Below are positions 1 to 10,894 of a stretch of 64,000 nucleotides of DNA, piece after piece. The notes under the pieces were generated by a model. That model was given only the letters and a program-made list of their open reading frames with translations. It was not told the origin of the DNA and made no database searches. The first letter of the stretch is position 1, and the number at the start of each line of letters is the position of its first letter. The stretch is from assembly GCA_973895155.1 (NCBI GenBank), contig OZ316892.1, positions 3,599,223 through 3,663,222 on the forward strand, given 5' to 3'. The position numbers and the translations under genes are program-made. The DNA is from Marsupella aquatica (lineage: Eukaryota > Plantae > Marchantiophyta).

Positions 1-500
1 AAGCGAAAGTTGTCTCAATGCTGCTGTCATTTTCTGTATTGAGGACAGACCATCCACTCTAGCAGCATCCTGTTTTTGGAGGAAATAATTGTCAGCTTCA
101 CACACTGAATCATGGATTTTCCAAAAGAGATGTCTTCTCATTCTATAGCGCCTCCTAAATTGGGCATCAGTGTACATTGGATTCTCTAAAAAATAGTCTT
201 TCCATATTCTCTCATGCCCAAGCTCTCTTTCCCGATCAATGTTCTTGCTTTTTCCAGGCAAAGATCCACCTCATTTCTTGCTTCTGTGTTGTTTGTAGAA
301 CTCCATGAGAGCCAGGGGTGCAGAAACTGTTGTGTGCTCCCACCAGGTCTGCTCTTGTTCCAGTTCTTTCAATTCATCTTGAATCTTTTGATTCAATTGA
401 GTCCGCCATTGACCATGAGAGGTCATCGCGAAATAATAGCATGCAACGACCGCAATTGATTGACAAAAATTGATCACCAAATAGAACAGGAATTGTTGCT
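1..500 (-). pseudogene. PIF/Harbinger transposase N-terminal remnant (frameshifted, runs off the window edge)
   Basis: Minus-strand translation gives GGSLPGKSKNIDRERELGHERIWKDYFLENPMYTDAQFRRRYRMRRD..IHDSVCEADNYFLQKQDAA..LSSIQKMTAALRQL. The 'DYF..P.Y....FRRR.RM...QK.TAALRQL' signature is typical of plant Harbinger transposases. Stops and frameshifts are present. Confidence 0.85.
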
Positions 501-689
501 CCAAATGCGAATTTCAATCCCATCCCTAATTAAACTTTGGTCCCTGTGATCATTGAAGCTATGGATGACGTGAAATTGCGTCGAAGATTTCCAGCTATGG
601 TGGCCAGGTATTGATCGAAGCTGTGGCGCTATGTGTTGAGCATAGACGACAATCGCAACGGCAAGCCCATGAACCATCCAACGCACAAG

Positions 690-1315
690 AGTCAACACAG
701 AGAGATACATGGTTCACCTCCACATGAGGCTACGTCCACAGGAACACACAAGAGCTTTACTGCACTCTAGGCCGACCGGCCATACCAAGCATCCACAGCG
801 CAAGCTCTCTCTATCTCTCAACTAGCTCCGTAACAATAAGCCTAAGTTCTCACTCTCCAAGCAAACACCACTTGGTTATAGAGTGTGCACAACATGACTA
901 ACCTAACCTAGTCTGCGACTAAGGTTAGCCTTAACTACGGTACAATTGTAACTCTAGACCTAAGAGTAAATCATAACACTATGGAGTCGATTAAGCTTTG
1001 CAACTATGGTGGCCGGGCCTCCTCGAGCATCAAGCAGCAGCCATGCTCGACGTTTTGTGTGGGGTACGTCAACAATGGAGTTGGACAGGAGCAAGGTGTT
1101 TCGAACTCGGGTCAAAAAATAGCGGAGGGATTTAGCAGGATGGGTGGGGAACCCTACCCACTGCAATTAGTGCCCGGACCGGCAAGTGCCATTTGGCCTC
1201 AGCACTTTGGCTTATATGGACCAGTATGGTCCGCATGGGTGCGGATGCTCTTAGATCTGATAGGTAAGGAACTCAAGCCTTGGGGCCATTGCCCTTGGTT
1301 CCCCACTATATGTCA
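690..1315 (-). mobile_element. LTR retrotransposon LTR remnant (Copia-like), boundaries uncertain
   Basis: The reverse complement of ~690-810 aligns by eye with the LTR at ~34970-35080 (GCTTGGTATGGCC..TAGAGTG..AGTAAA.CTCTTGTGTGTTCC..TGGA.GTAGCCTCAT.GGAGGTGAA). No TSD found. Confidence 0.45.
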
Positions 1316-1639
1316 AGCTTGAGGCATAAATTTTCAGTCAGTCTTTGAATGTCATCTTACTAATAAGGGGGATGGAAACCTGCGTTTCAGGTTCCTGTTT
1401 AGAGTGAAGCATCTACAGTAGGCAGTGATTCTAAGGGAATAACTTAAATGCATACAGAAAGAGGGATGAGAGCAAAGACAAACTGGAAATAATAAAGAAA
1501 AAGGAATTTTGCAAGATTTTGTCTCATCTCTATCTACGTTCAACTGTTCACGTAAATATTAGGTAATATGGATAGGGTTGGAAAACTAGGGTCTATCCAT
1601 GCACGTTGAGTCTTAGAGTGAGGCTGACTTTACAAGACC

Positions 1640-1910
1640 TCATGGGCATCTCGTGGGCATTGGTGACTCACCAAAGACCTGGGCACTTGTACTTTTTTTA
1701 ATCAAAGACTTGGAGGGGCATTTTGAGACCAAAAGATAGACTTATGGTCAAAGACATGGGCACTTGTGACTTTTTTTCACTAGAGAATTGAAGGGGCCAC
1801 TTCTCTTTCTACCGACAGACTACACGAAAGAATTGGACGCCACTTCTCTTTCTAAAGATAGACTACACTTCCTTTCACCAAAGAACTGGAAGGCCACTTC
1901 TCGTGCTGAA
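1640..1910. repeat. Degenerate short tandem repeats
   Basis: CAAAGAC(C/A)TGGGCACTTGT occurs twice and GAA(T/C)TGGA..GCCACTTCTC-like units three times. Confidence 0.6.
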
Positions 1911-3509
1911 GATATATTCGAGACAGAACTCTTGTAAAATAAAATTCAACAATTACAAATTGCTTGAATGAAAGAGCCAAAAAATTTAATGGTAAGTGTT
2001 TGGATCACATTTGAAATGGGTCTAAAATTATGAAACAAATCAGCATGCCACATCAGCATTTCCCCAGAACTTTTATGGTATCAGTAGACATCATTTCTGA
2101 ATGGCCATTGAGTTCTTGTAACTAGACACTGTTGCAGCCATTTGACCACCTTTGGAATTGGTCTAACTGAATGGGCCCAGAGTTCTTGTAATGCCTATTG
2201 CAGCCAATTTCATTTATTGTAAGGTCCAGATCTAATCCCTGTTGTTGCCATTTTCATTTATTCTAAGATCCCGATGTAAAGTGTCATTTCCACTCATTGT
2301 AGGTCTTAATCTCGGGAATAAAAAATAGGGACGGGCAGACTTCTTGTGAAGCCACCCTCATTAAATGGAGGGTTGCAACCTGACATGGTTATCATGCATG
2401 ACCCCATTTTGCTAAAGCAAAGCCCTGTCCAACACCTTCAACGAGAAATTGGGCAAGTGATGCATAAATCTCCGTGTGCCCCAGCCAAAGACTAAATTTG
2501 GTACATACAACTGAGGTTGAGCTAGGAGCATTCTCCTGTAGCTTCTTCCAGAAATGATAGCCGTCTTGTATGGCTTTATTATACTCTTGGTCAATTTAGG
2601 AGCTTTGCAGTCATCGTCAGCAACTTTGACAATTCCCTCTTGCGTGAGTTTGTACATGGAGTCCATTATTGAACCAAAAGTAATTTTTTGTTATCGATAA
2701 TAGTTGTCTGATGGTCATCCTTACATGGGAATATGTTCCTGCTCACATGCAATTTGTTTACTTTGATTGAAGAAGATTGGTTCTGGGACAGTTTTTTATT
2801 CCAATCAAACAATTCATCTGTACTGTAATTGCCAACGAATGAGCAAGTGCCAATGGTTTACAGGAAGCCGCATATCTCATAAATGTTAGATCGTCTGCAA
2901 GCTCTAGTTCAATTAGTGTCTGGTCTAAATTTCTCTTGTCCTAACTAAAGGATAAACTTCAACCAAAATTTATAAATCAGAAACAAACAAAGTAAAAGGA
3001 AAGGAAAGAAAAAGAGGTCCAAAGAGAACACAAACACCAAACAAAGAAAAGGAAAAGCAAGTGCAATCGTAAAAAGAAAAAGAGAAAAGTATCAAACACT
3101 ACATGAATGCAAACTCAATGATGAGTGTCCACATTGAAAATGTGACAAGAGCTAAGGTGATTTTCCTAATTAATATCCTAATTTAAGGTGATTTTCCCCG
3201 GCTTTTCAGGGCAAGGTCCTAACATCAGGGCAGAGTGAACTTCAACCCTCTCTTCCTCCTAGTCCATGTCCCTCTGGGATCTCTGCGTATTGTCCCCTTG
3301 CTTACATAAAATGGCATGCTCCCGACCAGAAATCCTATCCTGTGTTGAGGTATGCTGTAGGCTTTCAAGCAAAATAAAACCAAAAAGAGTTAATTATTGC
3401 ACACTAGAATTGTCGTCCAGATCGAGATCCTGGTGGGATTGCCCTAACTTCTAATTACCCGAGCTGCCCAATGAGCATCTTACACTTGGTTTACACCCTT
3501 GTAACTTTG

Positions 3510-3860
3510 TGAAACGTGTCCTAGGTGCCTTCATCCACGTGCTCGAAAGGGGTAAAGTCTTATCAGAAAAGTACGGTGTGTGACTGCACATTCTTGCTAC
3601 ATGCCCCACTCTCACCCCCTCCTACAAGACAGTGCTTTCATCACCCAACTTGTTTTTCTGCGGTGGAACACTGCGTTGGAAGCACGTAGATGTGGGAAGA
3701 GTCCCCTCGACGTGGAAAATTTAGCAGCTGCCAATTGCCAACGGCAACCCTTCGAGGTCTCGAATCCATGATTAGGCGGACGATCGATCAGGCGACTATC
3801 GAATGAAACTGTGTCATGTAGCTGCATGCGAAGGAGAGCGAAAATTCTGGGACACGTATG
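3510..3860 (+). promoter_or_regulatory. ABRE/G-box cluster upstream of the dehydrogenase gene
   Basis: ACGTGTC at 3514, CACGTG at 3536, CACGTA at 3683, GACGTGG at 3709 and GACACGT at 3851, all within 550 bp of the ATG. Confidence 0.5.
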
Positions 3861-4057
3861 GATTGAGCAGACTTTTAGTACCCACTCGGGACTTTGGTGT
3901 CTCTGCAGTTGCGATCATATCTGTAAATGAAGAACTGTTGCTGATCTTGTTGAAAGGAAGAAATCTCGAAGGTCTGTTGAAACGTGATCTACTCTCTTTT
4001 TTGCAGCAGAACAGGAATAGTTAGGTTGTCAATTAGGTTCTCAAGAGTAGAGCAGCG

Positions 4058-5362
4058 ATGGCGGGGGCTTTTGTATCCGATTTGAAGGCGAAGTTTGGTG
4101 CCTCTCCAGCTTCCAACACGGCGCCTACATCGGTGACCATTACTCCAAAGGTGGATGAGTCTCGGCACATGAAAGCAGTGGAATGGCACGGAAAGCAGGA
4201 TATCCGGGTGAACACCAAACGCCCAGTGCCAATTATCACCGACCCTACCGACATCATTCTGAAAGTCACGAGTACTTGCATCTGCGGCTCGGACCTTCAT
4301 CTGTACCTCGGCAATATGCCCGGGATGGTGAGTGGAGACATCCTCGGACATGAATTCATGGGAATTGTAGACGACGTCGGGCCGGAAGTGAAAAAAGTGA
4401 AGAAGGGCGACAGGGTGGTGGTTTGCTTCGACATTGGTTGTGGCCAGTGTGCATTCTGTCAGGCCAGTCTTCACTCGTGCTGTGATAGTACAAACTCGAG
4501 CGAAGACATGCAAACACTCTTCGGCGCTCGAACTGCAGGATTCTTTGGCTACTCTCATCTCACTGGAGGGTATCCTGGAGGCCAGTGCGAGTACGTGCGG
4601 GTACCGTTTGCCGATGTGAACACATTGAAAATTGACGAGAATTTGCGAATTGACGACGGCTATGTTCCTGATGAAAAAGTCGTTTTACTGTCGGACATTT
4701 TACCCACAGCTTGGCATGCTTGTGAGCTGGGGGAAGTCCACGACGGGGACACAGTGGCAATCTGGGGCGCAGGACCGGTCGGAATTCTCGCAGCACATTG
4801 TGCGATCGTGCGAGGAGCTAAGGAAGTCGCTCTGATCGATGAGATTGAGTATCGCCTGACCTACGCCAAGACGAAACTTCCCTCGATCCACACTATCAAC
4901 TTCAAGCAAGAGAAGGTCTACGATGCGCTCAGGAAGCTTTTCCCATACGGCCCTGATGTTGGGATTGATGCAGTCGGTATGCACTACGCTCGCTCTTTTG
5001 CTGACAAGGCTCAAATTGCCTTGAAGCTGGAAACCGAGACGCCTGAGATTGTGAATGAAGTCATCTACAACGTGCGCAAGGGTGGGAGAATCTCGCTCAT
5101 CGGTGCGTACGGAGGATTGGTGAATGGCTTTATGTTGGGCGCGTTCATGGAGAAGCAGTTGACCATGCGCGGCGGACAAACACCTGTACAAAGGTATTGG
5201 GACGATCTCCTGCAAAAAATCGTCGATGGAGTGTTGAAACCTGAAATGGTGATCACACATCAACCCGTCATGGATCACGCACCTGCCATGTACAAAAATT
5301 TCAACGAGAAATCGGATAAGTGCATCAAGGTGGTGATGCATCCTGGCAAGCTGATGTTGTAA
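4058..5362 (+). CDS. Zinc-dependent medium-chain dehydrogenase, formaldehyde-dehydrogenase-like (bacterial/fungal FDH-like type); intronless, 434 aa
   Basis: Catalytic Zn motifs ICGSDLH and GHEFMG, structural Zn C-G-Q-C-A-F-C..C, GGYPGGQCEYVRVPFAD, LSDILPTAWHA, Rossmann GAGPVG, C-terminal CIKVV. Single uninterrupted ORF. Confidence 0.93.
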   Translation: MAGAFVSDLKAKFGASPASNTAPTSVTITPKVDESRHMKAVEWHGKQDIRVNTKRPVPIITDPTDIILKVTSTCICGSDLHLYLGNMPGMVSGDILGHEFMGIVDDVGPEVKKVKKGDRVVVCFDIGCGQCAFCQASLHSCCDSTNSSEDMQTLFGARTAGFFGYSHLTGGYPGGQCEYVRVPFADVNTLKIDENLRIDDGYVPDEKVVLLSDILPTAWHACELGEVHDGDTVAIWGAGPVGILAAHCAIVRGAKEVALIDEIEYRLTYAKTKLPSIHTINFKQEKVYDALRKLFPYGPDVGIDAVGMHYARSFADKAQIALKLETETPEIVNEVIYNVRKGGRISLIGAYGGLVNGFMLGAFMEKQLTMRGGQTPVQRYWDDLLQKIVDGVLKPEMVITHQPVMDHAPAMYKNFNEKSDKCIKVVMHPGKLML

Positions 5363-8300
5363 ATCTCCTTGCGCTGGACTGTATAATTGTATTCTGTACA
5401 ATCATACAGTCTTGGCTCAAGTGCGCTTCACGATGCTCGCAATGTAATTACATGCCGCTTGACTTTTAGGTATTCGCTCGGTTTTGGAAGTTCGGGAAGT
5501 TTTGGGCGAAATTTTGTGTCCAGAATTTTCAGACTGAAGTGTTTTTGATCATTCGATCAGAGCTTTCGCTACTTCAACATGAGTACAAAGTAGTTGCTGT
5601 AGATAAGTGAAGCTCGCTATCAATGTATACCGTCGTCGTTGCTGGCTTGAGCTCTTTGTCATTGTGGTCAGCGCTCGACAGACTGTACAGCTCGACTCCG
5701 ACCCAAATTATGTATAGACTCCGACCCAAGTTTAGGTACTGTTTACAAATCGAAGAAAGTGGGAAACTGGGTGTAAATGTATAACATTACTTCAACCCAT
5801 TTTCGTTGCATGTTCCAGTCTGTCAATGTGAGCACAGATGATCCCGCATGTGATCGTTAGGTTTGAACTACTGCGCGGAAGAGACTTTTGTCTAAACTTC
5901 TTTGAGAATATATGTGGATTCTGAAAGCTGGTACTCTTCGTAGATTTAACCTCCGTCGCGGAAAAGATTCTATATGGTCAATTAAAAGTCCTCAATTCTT
6001 CGAGAATCTTGTAAATCTGAAAACTGTGTTCTGTTCGCAGAAGTTTGAAAGTCTGAACGGGATTTTTGGATAATGTGCACACTGATGTTGAATTGCGAAA
6101 GATGTTTTCTATCCAAACAATAAGAAACACAGAATAAGCACAACGCTTCCCCACACCTCTGAAATGATGGAATGACTGGTAGGTAAGCACAGACTTGTCC
6201 GTAGGTAGTCTTGTTGATCCTCCTCTGTATACGGGTGTGGGGTTAAATTCAAGTTGTGCGCACGATAAACTTTTGGATGGGACTAATCCCATCAAATTCC
6301 TTAGAATCTTAGTATGTCTGACCAGGGTGTTGAGATCAATCACCACAACATCCATACTAGAGAGACACAGGAAGAGCATGAGCATGAGCATTCTGATGCA
6401 ATATGACTAGAACAATAAATGCTATCACCTGATATATAAAAAAACATATGTGACAATCCTAACCATGACAGCTTGCGACCTTTCCGCAAAGGGCTTCCAT
6501 TGGAGTCAAGGACCATGCCGGTACGTTTTACAGTAAAGTAGAGTGATGTTATGCTATCGGTTGGTGTGAACAATGGAAATCTGTAGTACTGGCAGTAGAA
6601 ACGCTGGAACTACTTTGTAGCCCATCTACAAGAACTCAAATGCAGAAAGGACATCATGCTACTTAGTGATTATGAAGAGCTGTATTTGCCCAACGAGAAT
6701 CAAATGAGTGCACATCTTTGATTTTAGAAAAGTCATCTCTCTCTTGCTAGAAGCACTTTTACTCATGACCCAAAATCTAATCTCTAGTAAATATCTGATT
6801 TGGTTACTTTTTCTTGCAATGCAGCTTGCATCGAGCAAGCTGAGGTGATGTGTGTGCATCACCTGAGGTAAAGTCGGCATCTCTTGATTGAAGACCGCCG
6901 TTTGACAAATTCGAAGTTTCTTCCTGGAAATGCAGACATGGGACTCTGCAAAGAGAAGGCAAAGTAGCAAAATATTGTTAATACTTATTAGAGTGCCAAT
7001 CTAGAAGACAGGGACATCTCCGATGCCCATGGCCAGATTTGCCTATGCTATAATATAATAGATACAAGTGCATATTTCTCCAAAAAACATCCCTTCTCCA
7101 TTACCCACGCCTGTAAACCCGTTAAAGCATAAAACGCTCGTGTGAGGTCCAAAGCGTCTCTGAGGATTACTATATAATATGGTACTATTGCTGTATATAA
7201 TCAATTTAATTGATGGTACCTTTGAAAGTCATCAGTTAAAGGCTTTACTGTTCCACTTTGTCACAATGAAATCCCTGACAATGATTCTGGACACACAATG
7301 AGGGTGGTAATGTGAGTGCTCATCTTAAAGATAGAATTAATGGAAACCAGTCTGACTCTGTAGCCAATAAATCCTTTGGGAGGGTTCACTCAAGGGCATG
7401 CTTCTTGGGATGCTTCCTCCCTATCAATTAAAAATATTTCCTTTGAGTGGGTTTGAAAGCTCACGGACATAATGAATGACACGAGTTTCCCTTTTTTCTT
7501 TTGTAAAGGTTTGGATTCGAATGACTTGATTTGTTACAGTTTTCAACTCAAATACGTAACCAGGAAACTTCATTGAGCCAATCCTGAGAGTATGCCCCTG
7601 ATAATACTTGGATGAACTTTTATAACTGGCATGAACCACGCCCAAACATTGAATATTTATAGAGTAACGCGAGCTACATTGAAAATTAAAACTACATGTA
7701 AATCAAGATCTAATCAGTAAGTGTGGATGATCAATCATCATTTGAGTTGGATTTCTCTTCAACCACTCAATATCTCAAGACACACTTGCAGTGGTTCGAA
7801 AAGGCATTAAATAGGTTCTTAATGTGCTTGGATGGACTTTTATAACCTGTGTAGTACATTCAAGATTAAAATTAAGTTCAGGTGTTCAGTAAAGCCCTCA
7901 CATGAGGGCAGTCCTAAAGAAAAACCCAAAGTGCTTTTCTGGGAGCATGCCCTCATTAAAAGGGCTTTAGGGTGCTTGGAGCCTGACTCTGAATATTAAG
8001 ACGAGTTTGAAGGGAAAAAAGCCTATTTATCAACAACGAAAAAGGCCAATACAAAGGTATATTGGACTCAAAGCAAGAGAAATCCAGACATAGGATTAAC
8101 ACCAAACTTAGAGAAAGAGCAAATGCAAACCGCAAAAACCTAGAAAGGAAGAATAATTCTAGATAAGAGCAATAACGTGATGAGCTGAGGGTCCACATGT
8201 AATGTCCTAACCAAGTTTTTAAGAGGGAAATGGATGTCCTCTAAGGTGTCAACTCTCTACTGTGCCTCAACAGTACCCACGGCTAGAAATCTACTATGGA

Positions 8301-8627
8301 CACTCGATCGAGCATGTTGTAATGTCACTGAAATCTGCTGACAAAAGTGCATTTTTAAAAAGGATAGGGGTGGTCATAAAGAACCTACCCGTCCAAGAAG
8401 TTCTGGAGCAGCTTATCAAAGGAGCCCAAAACATTGAATAAACAACCAATTTGTCATTTTTTTCCGGTATTGCAACAGTGACTGGAAATAGCAAACAGGT
8501 TTGATATTACTAGTAATTTTTCCCTGCTATCAGCAAAATATTATTATTATCAGGAAAAAAATCAATCTGAAAATGTTCATGAAAATCATTTTCCAAAATT
8601 CTTAAAAACACAACTGTTTCTTGCTAG

Positions 8628-8675
8628 TTTACTGCACTACTATTATCAGCTGGCTAATAATAGTAGTGCAGTAAA
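8628..8675. repeat. Near-perfect 48-bp palindrome
   Basis: TTTACTGCACTACTATTAT-CAGCTGGCTA-ATAATAGTAGTGCAGTAAA, with 19-bp perfect arms. Confidence 0.85.
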
Positions 8676-8702
8676 TTAAAAATGCCACCCATTTTTGCAT
8701 CC

Positions 8703-9202
8703 AGCTTTTAACTACATTGCCACTAAAGTTGTGGCAATTTACAATACTGCCACTGTTTGTTTCGTATTTGTAATTATGTCATTATTTTTGTATAGGGTTA
8801 ACCTAGGATGAAGAAGGGTTAATCATAGGTCAATTTCCATCCAATTTTACACACACATGACGTGAAGGGCTTACAGGAATGTGGCATCTAAATCATCCTT
8901 GCTGCATTCATTCCCGAGCATTCTTTCCTCGCTTCCTTCCCACTTCACTCCCTGACATGTTTTAGAACTACAATTCAAAAACATTCTCCCCCGGCAGATG
9001 CTAAGTCAAGGCAACCATCGAAGGTAACGGAGATACTAACCCTAGACTGGTCTGATGGAAACCCCCCAATCAGGACATGCCATGTGGACAGCGAGTTAGC
9101 CCAAGTAACCATACACAAAAATAGTGGCATAATTACAAATACAAAACAAACAGTGGCAGGATTGTAATTGTCACAACTTTAGTGGTAATGTAATTAAAAG
9201 CT
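8703..9202. mobile_element. MITE / non-autonomous MULE-like element with ~100-bp TIRs
   Basis: 8703-8807 (AGCTTTTAACTACATTGCCACTAAAGTTGTGGCAATT..CTGCCACTGTTTGTTT..ATTTGTAATTATG) is the inverted copy of 9101-9202. No clean TSD. A related fragment lies near 18085. Confidence 0.75.
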
Positions 9203-10894
9203 ATTTTCATGTTACCTTGTAAATATCTCCTTTTTAGGTTCTTCCAAACTCTATAGCTTGCAAGGTCTATCCAAATTCCAGGTTCAGAGGCAAGGTCCAT
9301 CCTAGCTTCAACTTCCACCCTTTGCGATGCTATCAGAAACCCAATTTGAGAAGGACAGAAACGTCAATTTGAGTAGTACAGTCGGTCACCATAGCTTTTT
9401 CCTATCTAGCAGCGAATCGAAATCTATCGGCGAAATCCATCGTCCATTAATGCGCGTCCCGCTGTTTCCAAACAGAACTACCAAATCCTCAGGCGGTGCC
9501 CAATCGCCGTCAATGCAGTAGCAGAAACGCCAGGTTCGCAGCCACGAGACTCTGCCCCGAAAGAAATCGCAATTGCGGAAGCTCTCATTTACAAAACTCG
9601 GTACGTCGCTGCAACGTCCGCTGAAATCAATGTACAAAAGATTTGATTCACAGTAGTGTACTGTGTTCCCCTTTTCCTACAGTACTCTGTTTTTCTTTCG
9701 CAGATGATAAGCTGTCTTGCTTAGGGTGTTGTCATTTCTATGCCGGATGCTTGATACTCATGTAAACTCATGAATTGTGCCATTACATAGTCGAGTAAAT
9801 TGAATGAGGTCAGAATCTAGCACTTCCGACTCCACTGAAGGAAAGCGAAAGAGCTCGATAAGGAGCGGATTTGAGGTAAATATCTGTGACACTCTGTGGC
9901 TACAACGCGTGTGACTGGCTGTCTTGACCTTCCTCCATCAGTGTTGCATATACCTGAGCTGAGCGACTTGGTCCAATCAGCCAGGTCGTACTGTCCCTCG
10001 AGCATCTTGCTTCATTACCACCGTAATGAATACGTTCTAACGGCGAAATGGATTAAGCATTGATATTAGATATTAGGGATTACTATTAACCGTGGCAGCT
10101 TATACAGTGGTCCACGCCGTTCAATTGACATTGAGACTGCTGGTGGTGTCGTACTTCTGCTTGTGTCTTTTACTGACGAATGTTGGTGCTCTTATTGAAG
10201 TAACCTCTACATGAATATTCCTTCGAGGTGGAGCTTCTGTCGCAGGAATCGGTGCCTTAATTGTGCGTTTCTTTATTCCGTGGCGGAGTACTTTGTCGAC
10301 TGTACTGCTTTGTCGTGTCGTGTGGGGCTCTTTAAGCCTTCAGTCCGAGAGTTCTTTTCTGAATGTTGTTATGTTGTGGTATTTGTTTTGGCCCTTCGTT
10401 GCGTGTCATCGACTTCTTTAAAAATGTACAGACAACGCAGCGAGATTCTCCGTCCATCTTGTCATTAAATCGTCTCACATGGGTTGGAAATTTTAAATGG
10501 TTGTACTGTGGTAATGTACAGTGGTTATCTGCGAGACTGTTTCAACTTCACTAGATTTTCGGTTCCCGACAGCTGCGCTGAATTTATTGCAATATAATGC
10601 TCGATGCTCGGTCATTCTGCTTTCCGAGTTTGTGTGAGAAATCTGGTTCTTACCTTTAGTCACAAATTATGAATGTGACTTCCCATAAGTAAGAAGCCCG
10701 TGGAACATGTGCGTTGTACACTTACGTTTCTGATTCGGCTTTATCGATCTATGTGGCTGGCAGCACTTCCTCGGCTCCATGTGGCCTCCCGGAGTGATCG
10801 GACTTGACTGAGTAGGAGGGAGTTACTTTCCTGCAGCGGCATGCAACTTGTACAGTACTAGATCCTTCAGAGAGAAAAGAATTTGAGGAGTGTC

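Noticed and set aside
3989-5401. Antisense ORFs of 189 and 233 aa
   Set aside because: Shadow frames of the dehydrogenase CDS.
5978-8500. Scattered short ORFs, possibly TE remnants
   Set aside because: No RT, integrase or transposase motif could be recognised.
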